Program-made: the position numbers and the translations under genes
Part shown: positions 50,460-63,400 of the stretch, piece after piece
Layout of the letters: each line of letters opens with the position of its first letter
How positions within the stretch are numbered: the stretch's first letter is position 1
Notes under the pieces: model-generated
Database searches by the model: none
The model's input: the letters and a program-made list of their open reading frames with translations, nothing else
Told to the model about the DNA's origin: nothing
Assembly: GCA_030390025.1 (NCBI GenBank)
Contig: CM059432.1
Coordinates: forward strand, 67,086,001 to 67,150,000
Source of the DNA: Squalus acanthias
Taxonomy: Eukaryota
Length of the DNA: 64,000 nt
Reading direction: 5' to 3'

Positions 50460-51900
50460 ACTAAGGAAAGCAAAGTGGAAGCATGAGGGGAAAAAAAATC
50501 AAAAAACAGCAAAAGTATTTCACAAGTTAATCAGTAAAAAGAGAAAGTGATGTAGGATCCCTGAGAGGAGAGTACTGTGAATTTGTAGAATATGATCAAA
50601 ACATGGCAGAGGTATTTAATAAGTATTCACATTGGTCTTTACTACAGTGAAGGATATCGGAGAGAAGCTGAATCCTGAAGAGGTTGAGCGCAAGATGAGC
50701 GATATTATGATGGCTAAAAGGAAAATTTTAGATAAGTTAGTTAGGCTAAAGGAAGACACGCCCCAGGGCCGAATAGTTGGGTGTGGTTGTGTGCCAGAGG
50801 ACTGGAGAATGGCAAAAATTTTTTAAAAGGAAATCAGAGCTAATCTGGTTAATTACAGACTAGTTAGCTTAATGACCTGTGGTAGGGATTTCTTTTTATA
50901 TATAGAGACTTTAATGATGAAATTACATGCATCTAGATAAAGAGCAAAGTGTTAGAAATAGCACACATGTAAAAAAATGATCAGGCTTGACAAACCTCAG
51001 AATTCTTTGAGGACGTAACAGACATGGTAGATGGGGAAAATACAGTGGATATAGTGTAAATGGACTTTAGGAAAGCCTTTGTTTGACAAGGTACACACAG
51101 GGGTTTATTGAGTAAGATCAAGGAGTATGGAATTAGGGGAAGGATAGCAAACTAGATGTGGTTAGAAAGGAGTAAACAGACAGGAGTGAAAGACTGTTCT
51201 TCCAGAGTGGTTGGAAGTAGGTGGTGGTGTCCCACAGGATTCCATTCTGAGGCCAGTTCTTTACACTGTGTACATCAATGATTCAGATATGGGTCTAGAA
51301 GTGGTGCTATAAATTGTAGATTACACCAAAATAGGAGGTATAGTTTATTATTTGAAAGACCAAAGGAAGTTGCAAAGGGATATTGATAAAATGGGGGAAA
51401 TGGACTAAAAAGTGGCAGATAGAATGCAATGGCAGTGAGGTGATAGATTTTTGTAAAAAATAATAGCAATTATACTCAATGAAAGTAGGCTTGAGGAAGA
51501 GCAGAGGGATTGGGGGGGGGTTACAGGTTCACAGGACATTAAAGGCAACACCTCTGTTTGATAAGGCCATCAAAAAAAACTACTGGAATTCTAGGTTTTA
51601 TCATAAAGGGTATTGAATATAAATGGTAAGAGGTAATGATGAGCCTATATAAAGCGCAAGACCTCAGTTACAGTGCTGTGCAGTATTGGGTTTCACATTA
51701 TAGGAAGCATATTGAAGCGTTAGATAAGGTACAACGCAGATTCACAAGGATGTTGCCAACCTGAAAAAATGGGGCTTTATTTCATTAGAACTACCCAGAT
51801 TACAGGGTGATATGATGAAAGTGTTTAAAATGATGAAAGGATGGAACGGGATAGATAGCAGAATTTTTCCAGTAGGAGAGGGGTCGAGAAAAAGGGGCCA
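50460..51900 (+). mobile_element. Old, degenerate CR1 LINE (RT region)
   Basis: gtgccagaggactggaga (VPEDWR), ggactttaggaaagccttt, ggtgtcccacagg and agattcacaaggatgttgcc remnants with many stops. Confidence 0.8.
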
Positions 51901-51911
51901 TACCTCCTCCT

Positions 51912-52548
51912 CACATAGGAACAGGAGTAGGCCATTCAGCCCCTCGAGCCTATTCCGCAATTCAATAAGATCATGGCTGAGCTGTGCTCTAACCCCATAT
52001 ACCCGCCTTTGGCGCATATCCCTTAATACCTCTGGTTAACAAAAATCTATCAATCTCCGATTTAAAATGAACAATTGATCTAGCATCAATTGCCGTGTGC
52101 GCGTGTAGAAGTATTTCCTAATTTCACTCCTGTAAGGTCTGGCTCTAATTTTTAGACTATGCTCCCTAGTCCTAGAATTCCCCAACCAGTAGAAATAGTT
52201 TCGCTCTACCTTATCTGTTCGCATAATATCTTGAAAACTTCGATCAGATCACCCCTTAACCTTCTAAATTCTAGGGAGTACAACCCCAATTTGTGTAATC
52301 TCTCCTCAAACTTAACCCGTGAAGTCCGGGTATGATTCTGGTAAATCTACGCTGCACTCCCTCCAAGGCCAATATATCCTTCCTAAGGTGTGGTGTCCAG
52401 AACTGCGCTCAGTACTCCAGGTGTGGTCTAACCAGGGTTTTGTATAGCTGCAGCATAACTTCTACCCCCTTGTATTCTAGTCCTCTAGATATAAAAGCCA
52501 GCAGTCCATTAGCCTTTTTGATTATTTTCTGTACCTGTTCATGACATT
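51912..52548 (-). mobile_element. CR1 LINE 3' fragment
   Basis: cataggaacaggagtaggccattcagcccctcgagcct tail; cagtactccaggtgtggtctaacc (reverse RPHLEYC). Confidence 0.88.
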
Positions 52549-52569
52549 ATCATCCTCCTCCTCCACATC

Positions 52570-54870
52570 AATAACATGTATTTATGTAGCGTCTGTAACG
52601 TAGTAAAACGTCTCAAGGCGCTTCACAGGAGCGTTATAAAACAAAATTTGACATCGAGCCACCTAAGGAGATGTTAGGGCAGATGAAGAGGTAGGTTTTA
52701 AGGAGTGTCTTAAAGGAGGAAAGAGAGGCGGAGAGGTTTAGGGAGGGAATTCCAGAGCTTACGGCCTTGGCAGCTGAAGGCACGGCCACCAACAATTGAG
52801 CAATTAAAATTGGGGATGCTGAAGAGGCCAGAATTAGAGGAGCGCAGATATCTTGGAGGATTGTGGGGCTGGAGGAGATTGCAGAGATAGGGACGGGCAA
52901 GGACATGGAGGGATTTCAAAACAAGGATGAGAATTTTAAAATCAAGGCATTACTTAACCGGGAGCCAATGGAGGTCAGCGAGCACAGGGGTGATGGGGTG
53001 AACGGGACTTGGTGCGAGTTGGGACACGGGCAGCAGAGTTTTGGATCCCTCAAGTTTACGGAGGGTAGAATGTGGGAGGTCGGCCAGGAGTGCGTTGGAA
53101 TAGTCAAGTCTAGAGATAACAAAGGCATGGATGAGGGTTTCAGCAGCAGATGAGGGGAATCGGGGCGGGGCCGGAGTCGGGCGATGTTACGGAGGTGGTC
53201 TTAATGATGGCGCTGATGTAGTCAGAAGCTCTTTTCAGGGTTAAATATGACACCAAGGTTGCGAACAGTCTGGTTCAGCCTCGGACAGTTGCCAGGGAGA
53301 GGGATGGAGTCGGTTGCTAGGGAACAGAGTTTGTGGCGGGGGACTGAAGACAATGGCTTCAGTCTTCCCAATATCTAATTGGAGGAAATTTCTGCTCACG
53401 CAGTACTGGATGTCGGACAAGCAGTCTGACAATTTGGAGACAGTGGAGGGGTCGCGAGAGGTGGTGGTGAGGCAGAGCTGGGTGTCGTCAGCGTATATGT
53501 GGAAACTGATGCTGTGTTTTCGGATGATGTCACCAAAGGGCAGCATGTAGATGAGAAATAGGAGGGGGCCAAGGATAGATCCTTGGGGGACACCAGAGGG
53601 AACGGTGCGGGAGCGGGACGAGAAGCCATTGCAGTTGATTCTCTGGCTACGATTAGATAGACAAGAATGGAACCAGGCGAGTGCAGTCCCACCCAGCTGG
53701 ACAATGGTGGAGAGGCGTTCGAGGAGGATAGTATGGTCAACCATGTCAAAGGCTGCAGGCAGGTTGAGAAGGACGAGGAGGGATAGTTTACCTTTGTTAC
53801 AGTCACATAGGATGTCAGTTGTGACTTTGATAAGAGCCGTTTCGGTACTGTGGCAAGGGCAGAACCCAGATTGGAGAGATTCAAACATGGAGTTCTGGGA
53901 AAGATGGGCACGGATTTGGGAGGCGACAACACGTTCAAGGACTTGAGAGGAAAGGGAGGTTGGAGATGGGGCGGTAGTTTGCAAGGACGGAGGGGACAAG
54001 GGCGACATTCACATTAATTTTTTTGCGTGTGCGGCCCCTTTAAGGTTTTTCACATTGAAAAGCTGGTAAGCCGGCTGCACTGGAGGTCCAGAGAGTTGCG
54101 TGGCCACACAGCTTAAAGGGAACATTGTTCAAGGGTTGGTTTTTTGAGGAGTGGATGATGACGGTAGATTTGAAGGAGAGGAGGACAGTACCGGAGGAGA
54201 GAGTGCCATTAATATCAGTTAACATGGGAGCCAGAAAAGGAAGTTGGGTGGTCAGCAGTTTAGTGGGAATAGGGTCAAGGGAGCAGGAGGTGGGTCTCAC
54301 ACAAGATGAGCTCAGAGAGGGCATGAGAGGAGATTGGAGAGAAATTGGAGAAAGATGTGAGTTCATGGCTAGGGCAGAGGGGAACCTTGGAGGAAGTTTG
54401 GCCTGATGGGCTAGGGGAAGGATGGAAAGTGGCAGAGGCAGTTGATTGGATGGTCTCAGTCTTGGAGACAAGTCGTCCATGAGCTCCTCACACTTCTTGT
54501 TGGAGGGGAGGGTGGAGGGACGGAGGAAAGAGGGGTTCAAGATGACGATTTGCAGTAGAGAAAAGAAGCTGGGGGTTATCTTTGCATTCCAGAAGGATCC
54601 TGGAATAGGGAGCAGTTTTGGCAGACAAGAGCAGGACCTGACAGTGTTTTATGTGGTCCAGCCAGATCTGGCGGTGAATGACTAAACCAGTTGTTCACCA
54701 TATCCATTCAAGTCTGCGTCCTTTGGACTTAAGAGAGTGGAGATGAGAGCTGTACTGGGGGAACGGCCAGGGTAAAACGTTTTTAATGGAGACTAGGGTG
54801 TCAAAGGTGGGGGTGAGGGTGTGGTTGAGCAGATCGATAGCTGCAGAAATGTCGTGGAGTGGATAGGTGG
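52570..54870 (-). mobile_element. L2 LINE, 5'-truncated, RT region largely readable
   Basis: ORF 53241-54008: QSGFCPCHSTETALIKV, LLNLPAAFDMVDH, GVPQGSILGPLLF, YADDTQL; L2 tail at about 52570. Interrupted by a degenerate hAT-like MITE at about 54003-54127 (flanks gacaaggg / ttcaaggg). Confidence 0.92.
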
Positions 54871-55721
54871 ATGGAAGTAAAGGGGATAAAGGGATATGGG
54901 AACAGAGTGGGTAAATGTGATTACCCGCCATGCGAGCAAATAGCCCCAAACAACAACATGGATTGGTTGGGCTGAAAGGGCTGTTTCCATCTTGTATCTA
55001 TGTATTTCAATGTTTGCCCACACACACTCCTCTATTTCTAAAGCTACAGAACATGCAAACTTGCTGTTTCCTCCCCTTACCTGCTATATTCTTTAAAACA
55101 TTTGATCAATATTCTATCGTACACTTTTACAAGTAAATGTATAAATGATCCTGACAAACACTGTAAAAAAAAAAAGTAGTTCTCACTTTCTTAGGTAGTC
55201 TGCAGTCATGCTGATATAACAATAGTGATTACACTTCAAAAGTAGTTCATTGGTTGTAATGTAGTGAAGAGATGACAAGATGCCATATAAATGCAAGCTA
55301 GTTCTTCTTTAGTGATTGGCACAATACTCAGTGGCACGGATTTTGCAGTAGGAATAACAGTGAGGGTATCAGCGCTCACCATTATTAAGGAGTAAATCGG
55401 ACAGCAACTCCCAAAGTCTGCACATGCACAGATAAATGTGGAAATCAGGAAGTTGCTGTCCGATTTGTCCTGCTCCTCCACCAGCTTTGAGCCTCAGCAT
55501 TGAAACACATGAAGGGCGTGAAGTTACGATCCTTACCCACTAAACATGCCAGAAAAGGTTAGGGCTTGTCCATTCAAATGTAAGTGAATTTTTAATGGCG
55601 TGATAAAGTTTTAATTGCTGCCAAACAACCTCTTTGGCACTGAAAATTAATTTTACAAGAGTGGAGTCGCATTCCTTCAGATTTCAATTATTGCTGGAGA
55701 TTATTCATCTCTCTCTATCTC

Positions 55722-58700
55722 AGTCATAACGGCACAGAAGGAGGCCATTCGGCCCATTGATTCCATGCCAGCTCTCTGTCGAGCAATCCAGTCAGTCCCA
55801 TTCCCGCGCTCTATCCCCGTAGCCCTGCAAGTTGATTTCCCTCAAGTGCCTATCCAGTCTCCACTTGAAAACATTGAGTGTCTCCGTTTCCACCACTTCC
55901 GTCGGCAGCGAGTTCCAGGTCCTCACCACTCGCTGCGTAAATTTTTTTTCCCCTCACATCCCCCCTGTATCTCTTGCCCAAAACCTTAAATCTGTGTCTC
56001 CTTGTCCTTGTACCATCAGCTAGTGGGAACAGCCTATCCCCGTCTAGCCTATCCAAACCAGTCATAATCTTGTACACCTCGATCAAATCACCCCTCAACC
56101 TCCTTTGCTCTAATGAAAACAAATCCAGCTTCTCCAACCTGTTCTTGTAGCCAAGATCCCCCATCCTCGGAACCATTCTGGTAAATCTCCTCTGCACCCT
56201 CTCAAGGGCCTTCACATCCTTCCTAAAGTATGGTGACCAGAACTGGACGCAATACTCCAGTTGTGGCCTAACCAGTGCTTATAAAGGTTCAGCATAACTT
56301 CTCTACTTTTGTACTCAATACCTCTATTTATGAAGCCCAAGATCCCATATGCTTTGCTAACCACGCTCAATATGTCCTGCCACCTTCAGGGACCTATGCA
56401 CATTAACTCCCACGTCCCTCTGTCCCTGCACACTCTTTAAAACTGTGCCATTAAGTGTATATTGCCTCTCCCTGTTCCTTCTGCCAAAATGCATCACCTC
56501 ATACTTCTCTGTATTAAATGCCATCTGCCACTTGTCTGCCGATTCTGCTAGCCTTTCTATGTCCTGTTGCAGTTGATTGGTATCAGCACTGTTTGCCACA
56601 CCCCCAAGTTTGGTGTCATCGGCAAATTTCGAAATTCTACTCTGTATTCCAATATCCAGGTCATTTATATATATCAAAAAAAGCAGTGGCCCCAGCACTG
56701 ACCCTTGGGGAACACCACTGTCTACCATCCTCAGTCTGAAAAACAGCCATTTACCACAACTCGCTGTTTTCTGTCCTTAAGCCAATTCCTTATCCAAGCT
56801 GTCACTGACCCACCTATTCCATGAGCTTCAATTTTGTTAACCAGCCTTCTATGTGGTACTTTGTCAAACGCCTTCCAAAAATCCACGTAGACAACATCCA
56901 TTGCATTCCCTTCATCAATCCTCTCGGTTACTTTCTCAAAAAATTCAATTAGGTTAGTCAAACACGATCTGCCTTTTACAAATCCGTGCTGGCTCTCCTT
57001 AATTAGCTTAAACCTCTCCAAATGCCCGTTAATTTTTTCCTTGCTTATTGTTTCTAAAACTTTACCCACCACTGATGTTAAACTGATCGGCCTGTAGTTA
57101 CTAGGATTGTCCTTACACCCTTTCTTGAACAATGGTGTCACATTTGCCACTTTCCAATCCTCAGGCACCTCCCCCGCATCTAGGGAAGATTGGAAAATTC
57201 TGGCAAGCCCTTCCGCTATCTCCTCCCCCAATTCCCTTAGCAACCTGGGATGCAAGCCATCTGGACCAGGCGACTTATCCACTCGAAGCATACCCAGCCT
57301 TTCTAGTACATCCTGTCTATCAATTTTCACCCCTTCCATTGCTTACATAGAAACATAGAAACATAGAAACTAGGAGCAGGAGTAGGCCATTCGGCCCGTC
57401 AAGCCTGCTCCACCATTCAATACGATCATGGCTGATCATCCAAATCCAGTACCCTGTCCCTGCTTTCCTCACACAGAATCCCCACAGTACAGATAGAGGC
57501 CATCTCGGCCCATCGAGCCTGCACCGACACATATCCCACCCTATCCCCGTAACCCCACGTATTTAATTCCCCCTAACATATCCCATCCTATCCCTGTAAC
57601 CTCACATATTTAATCCCCCCCTAACACTAAGGGTCAATTTATCATAGCCAAATCAACCTAACCCGCACATTTTTGGACTGTGGGAGGAAACCGGAGCACC
57701 CGGAGGAAACCCACGCAGACACGGGGAGAATGTGCAAACTCCACACAGACAGTCGCCCGAGGCCAGATTCGAACCCGGGTCCCTGGCGCTGTGAGGCACC
57801 AGTGCTAACCACTATGCCACCGTGTTGCCCACTACCTTTTCTACTTCTACTGATATTTTGTCAGCATCCACCTCCTTAGTACACACAGATACAAAGTACT
57901 CATTGAGTATTCTAACCTTGCCCTGCGCCTCTAAGCATATATCACCTTCTTTGTCCCTAATAGGCCCCTCCCCGCCTCTTACTACCCACTTACTGTTTAC
58001 ATGCCAGTAGTAGATTTTTGGGTTCCCTTTTATTTTAACCGCCATTCTACTCTCATATTCTCTCTTTGCCAATCTTATTTTCATCTTCACTTCCCCTCTC
58101 AACTGATTGTATTTGGTCTGGTTCTCCCTTGAAGAATTTACCTGACATTCATCATACACCCTCTTTTTTTTGTTTCATCATCTTCTCTATCTCCATCATC
58201 CAAGGAGCCCTTGCTTTGGTTCCTTTACCCTTCCCTCTTGTTGGAATGTACCTAGTCTGTTTAGAAGTTCCACTCTAGATTGTTCCTTGCTCCTCTCCAT
58301 TACTAATCTAAATCTTCTGATACGATGATCATTCGTACCCAAGTGTTCTCCCACAGACACTTGGTCGACTTGGCCCACCTGATTTCCCAGCACCAGATCC
58401 AGCAATGCCTCCTTCCTATTTGGGCTGAGAACATACTGGTCAAGGAAATTCTCCTGAACACATTTCAGAAATTCCTCCCCCTCCTTTCCCTTTACCCTAG
58501 CATTATCCCATCGATATTTGGGTAATTAAAGTCCCCCAATATCACCACTCTATAGCTCTTGCATATCTCTGCGATTTCCCTGCAGTTTTGCTCCTCTACC
58601 TACCTCTCACTATTTGGAGGCCTATAGAATACCCCAATAGCGTGATCATACCCTTTTTGATCTTCTACTCTAGCCAAATGGATTCTGTCCTTGTCCCCTC

Positions 58701-59450
58701 AAGAACATCCTCCCTTTCCAACACTACAATGTCTTCCTTAATCAGCACTGCCACCCCACCTCCCTTTTTTCCTTCCCTATCTTTTCTGAACACCTTGTAC
58801 CCTTGATTATTAATTGCCCAGTCCTCACTGTTTTTAAGCCACATTTCCGTTATTGCCACACGGCCAATTGTGCTTGTAGCTCACCAACCTTATTCACCAC
58901 ACTTTGTGCATTTACGTACATGCATTCTAAACCCATTTTTGAATTTTTCGTAGTCTTTCTTAGTCTGCTCCTATCTAATATGGTACTACTTCCGCCTCTA
59001 GTACTAGTTTCTTCTCTAGTACTATCCAACACACTCAATCTTTTATGCACCTTATTCCTCTTTTCTACTCCTATATGCTGGTGCCCATTCCCCTGCCAAG
59101 CTAGTTTAAACCCTCCCAAACAGCACTAGCAAACCTCCCCGCGAGAATATTGGTTCCGGCTTTGTCGAGTTGTAACCCGTCCAGCTTGTACAGGTTCCAC
59201 CTTACCCAGAAATGATCCCAATGCCTCAGGAATCTAAAGCCCTCCCTCCTGCACCATCTCTCCAGCCACACATTCATCTGTTCTATCCTCCTATTCCTGT
59301 ACTCACTAGCACGTGGCACTAGGAGTAATCCAGAGATTACTACCTTTGAGGTCCTGCTTTTTAATCTCTTTCCTGCCTGCAGGACCTCATCCCTCTTTCT
59401 GCCTATGTTTTTGGTACCGATATGGACAACGACCTCTGGCTGTTCACCCT
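55722..59450 (-). mobile_element. CR1/HER1-type LINE retaining the ORF1 esterase end, APE and RT (disrupted)
   Basis: ORF1 SGNH-esterase-like PEVVVHIGT..VVISGLL..WCRREGFRFL (59101-59484); APE CMYVNAQSVVNK, AITEMWL, LDLVLGN; RT KSPGPDGLHPR, KAFDKVPH, GVPQGSVLGP, KFADDTK. Confidence 0.93.
57345..57830 (-). mobile_element. Composite insertion in the CR1: CR1 3' tail (57345-57468) plus HE1/V-SINE-type tRNA SINE (about 57472-57830)
   Basis: (acatagaa)x3 tail; ggactgtgggaggaaaccggagcacccggaggaaacccacgcagacacggggagaatgtgcaaactccacacagac (V-SINE core); reverse tRNA head gattcgaacccggg...gctaaccactatgccacc. Confidence 0.9.
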
Positions 59451-60258
59451 CTTTCTTTCCCTCTCTATTTTGCTTTCTGTACATGATCTTACATTAAATT
59501 AAATATTCCAACTTACTCTGCGTGCCTCAGTAAGCATTCTTCAATCTGATTGGTTGAAGAGACACACTGTTGCTTGCCCTTTTCACACAGGTCCCAGATC
59601 CCCTGTAGAAGACGGCATGCTGTTTCAGACTCCCGATGACCATAAATTGCCATGCAAAAGCCCACGAAAAGTCTGTGGGCAGCTGTAAGCATAATGAACT
59701 TCAAGTGCCGTTCGTTCGCCGCTGACCGTAAAATCCGTCCAATACTTTATCTATTCTGCTTGGGTACACTGACAATATCTTGTAAAACAGATAGGAGGTT
59801 TGTCAATCCACTTCATTATTTTTGTGAAGAGAGAGTAAATTAATGATGTTCAAATGTAATTTAAGATCAACTTTTCCTCTGGAAATTAACTCAGTGCCCC
59901 ATAATTCAGAAAATCTATTTTCATCTCTACTAAAACAAACAAGCACTACGATCCATCAGCATAGTCTGCTAAAGGAGCAAGACACTCACTGATATAAATG
60001 AAATTTTCAAATTGGTGGTGGTTTTAAAACCCATCCTTGGAAACCTCAAAATGTCGAGTAAGACAGCACCTCTATAAACTGCAAGTATAAAGTTTGTCAT
60101 GTTCATTAGGTCATGGAGTGGAGAGGGAAAATGGCAAAGGAATTCCACATCAGCTCAGTACAACGCATCTCTGTTTCTGAGCTTTGGAATGCAAAACAAA
60201 AATTGCGAAGCAGTTTTCATTACAAAAACCTTCTACAGCAATACACAAAATGTGTTGG

Positions 60259-62775
60259 CATAGAAGGATTACATAGGATATACGGCACCCAACCAGTCCA
60301 TGCCGGCATTTATGCTCCACTCGAGCCTCCTCCAGTCGTTCCTCATCTAACTATCAGCATAACCCTCTATTCCCTGCTCCCTCATATGCTTATGTAGCCT
60401 CCCCTTAAATGCATCTGTGCTATTTGCCTCAACTACTCCCTGTGGTAGCGAGTGCCACGTTCTCACCACTCTCTGGGTAAAGAAGTTCCTTCTGAATTCG
60501 ATTTGATTTGATATCTTATATTGATGGCCACCAGTTATGCTCTTCCCCACAAGTGGAAACTCTCTCTCTGTATCTACTTTATAAAAACCTTTCATAATTT
60601 TAAAGGCCTCAATTAGACCATCCCTCAGCCTTCTTTTTTCAAACAAAAAAAGAGACCTAGTCTGTTCATCCTTTCCCGATAGGGAATCATTTCTGGCATC
60701 ATCCTTGCAAATCTTCTCTGCACCCTCTCTAGTGCCTCTATATCCTTTTTATAATATGGCGACCAGAATTGTACGCAGTACTCCAAGTGTGGTCTAACCA
60801 AGGTTCGATACAAGTTTAGCATAACTTCTCTACTTTTCAATTCTATCAATAGAAATAAAACCTAGTGCCTGGTTTGCTTTTTTTATGGCCCTGTTGACCT
60901 ATGTCGCTACTTTTAGTGATTTGTGTATTTGTACTCCGAGCTTCCTTTGCTTCTCTACCCCACCCAGACTCGCACCCTCCAAGTAATAAGTGAACTTCCT
61001 ATTCTTGCTACCAAAATGTAATACCTCACATTTATCTGTGTTGAATTTCATTTGCCAATTATATGCCCATTCTGCAAGTTTATTAATGTCTTTCTGTAAT
61101 TTGATGCAATCCTCCTCAGTATTAACTATCCCCTCAATTTGATGTAATTCGCAAATTTAGAAATTGTGTTTTTAATTCCAAAGTCTAAATCGTTAAAATA
61201 AATTGTGAACAGTGGCCCCAGCACTGATCCTTGTGGACCACCACTACCCACCTTCTGCCACTGTGAATAGCTACCCTTCACACCTACTCTCTGCTTTCTG
61301 TCTTGAAGCCAGCTAGTTATCCATTCTACTACTTGTCCCCTGACTCCACATTCTCTGACCTTATTCATTAGTCTATTATCGAAGACCTTTTGAAAATCTA
61401 GATGAATTACATCTACTACATTACCCTTGTCTATTTGCTCTGTTACTTCTTCAAAAAATTCAATGAGGTTGGTCAAACAAGACTTTCCCTTTTGAAATCC
61501 ATGCTGACTGTTCATTATTATATTTTTGGCTTCTAGATGTTCTTCTATTTTTGCCTTCAGTAGGGATTCCATTATTTTTCCTACCACCGATGTTAAGCTA
61601 ACTGGTCTATAGTTCCCTGGACATGTTCTATCTCCCTTCTTAAATAAAGGTAGTATGTTAGCTATCTGCCAGTCCTCTGGCACGACACCTTTTTCTAATG
61701 AATTATTAAATATGTGTAGTAATGCCTCTGCTATCTCTTCCCTAGATTCTTTTCAAATGCATGGCTGTATCCATCCAGATCAGGGATTTTTTCCTCTGAG
61801 TTTGATTAGTTTACTTAATATATCTCCTCTTTTTATTTTAAATGCAGTTATTTCATTACTAAGCTCAAGATCCAAAGTCATGTCCCGCTATTCTATCTCC
61901 CTGGTAAATACTGAGGCAAAGTAATTATTTAATATTTCTGCCTGAGGTATTATTATCCTGGCCATCCATTAGTGGCCCTATTCCCATCCAGACCTTCCTT
62001 TTTAATTGATGTGCCTGTCAAATATTTTACTATTTTGTTTTATGTTCCTTGATAATTTAATTTCATAGTTCCTCTTTGCCTTCCTAACTGTTTTGTTGAC
62101 TTCTTTCCTAATCTCTTCCTATTTTCCCCTCATCATGCTCTCCCCTGATGTCCATGTACTTAGTGTATGTCTCTTTCCTAACCATCAATTTTTCCCTTAT
62201 GGCTTTATTCATCCATGGTGTCTCATGAGTGTTTGGCTTGTTCTTTTTTTAAGCAGAATATATTTTTCCTGGACTCTGTTTTAAATGTTTCCCATTGCTG
62301 TTCTACGTCATTGTTTGCCAATATTGTTGTCCATTTTATTTTCCCAAGTTCTGTTCTCAGCCCCTCAAAATCAGCTTTTCTCCAATCTATTACCCTGGTC
62401 TTCGTCATACTTCTGCCCTTCTCAATTATTATTTTAAAGCATATATTATGGTCACTATTGCCTAGATGATCCCCTACTTTTACTTCTCTTATCTGCTCTG
62501 GTTCATTCCCCATTACTAGATCCAATAGCAAATCCTCCCTTGTTGGGCTTTTTACATATTGATTAGAATGGAGTCCTATACACATTGTAGGAACTCATTC
62601 CCTTATCCGCCCTATCTACTTCTCCGGTCCAATTAATATCAGGGTAGTTGAAATCCCCCATGATTATTATTTTATGTTTTTTACTCATTTCCTAATTTGA
62701 TTGCATATTTCTTCCTCTACCTCCCTTCCACTATTAGGTGGCCTGTAGACTACCCTATTAGTGTGATTGATCCTT
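60259..62775 (-). mobile_element. CR1 LINE, 5'-truncated (part of APE through RT and tail), disrupted
   Basis: ORF pieces LLDLVMGNEPE, PEDWQIANILPLFKKG, NYRPVSLTSVVGK, PQGSVLGP, RPHLEYCVQFWSP and FFTQRVV. Confidence 0.92.
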
Positions 62776-62869
62776 TATTATCTTTCGATGAAGGACACCA
62801 TCGAAGCACAGTCACACAAAGCTTTTCCTCACAAACACATATTCCAAGTTATGAGAATTACTTTTCAAA

Positions 62870-63400
62870 GTTCAGGCTGCCCAACTGCTGCCCACGAAAC
62901 TCTTACGCCTGGTAGGGCCTGCTTTCACCAGCGCAAGGGTCAATATAAAGCTAAAATTAAAAATAAAAAATGCACAAACACTTAAAATTCAATTATGCAA
63001 ATTTTGGCCCCAATTAAAATGTTTAAAATTATTTTTCAAAACATTACATTTTTATTGTATTTGATGTATTGAAAGGGACTTTCAATTAAAGTTGAAAATG
63101 AGAACATTTCGTTTTATTGCAGTTATCTGAATTGTTTAATTATTTCGGGATTCCATTTGGGTTTATGGAGATTCAGTTCGTAAATGGAATCCTCCTTTCT
63201 CATTGGAGGACCTGGCCCACGTAATCCCAGGGATGCTTCCGAACTGCCTGCGTTCCTGGGATCCATGGGCCTTTACACAGGCATACGCCTGGAGGCCCAG
63301 GACCTGAACTCTTCGTAGCTTTGGAGCCAGTAAGTTGGTAGATGTTTTGCGGGTTGGAGGCGTACTCCGGAGGTACGCCTCCGACCGCAAATTCAGGGCC
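62870..63400. mobile_element. Family-B TIR element, right part
   Basis: Matches 8940-9502 (ggaggacctggcccacgtaatcccagg; gcgtactccggaggtacg) and ends CCGACCGCAAATTCAGGGCC. The left TIR is not recognisable. Confidence 0.65.

Larger units (their letters stand above)
55333..59740. mobile_element. TIR element of the copy A family, split by a 3.7-kb CR1 insertion
   Basis: AGT|GGCACGGATTTTGCAGT ... ACCGTAAAATCCGTCC|AAT. 55333-55700 matches 633-830/1430-1600 and 59450-59740 matches 1660-1750/2455-2646. Confidence 0.75.
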
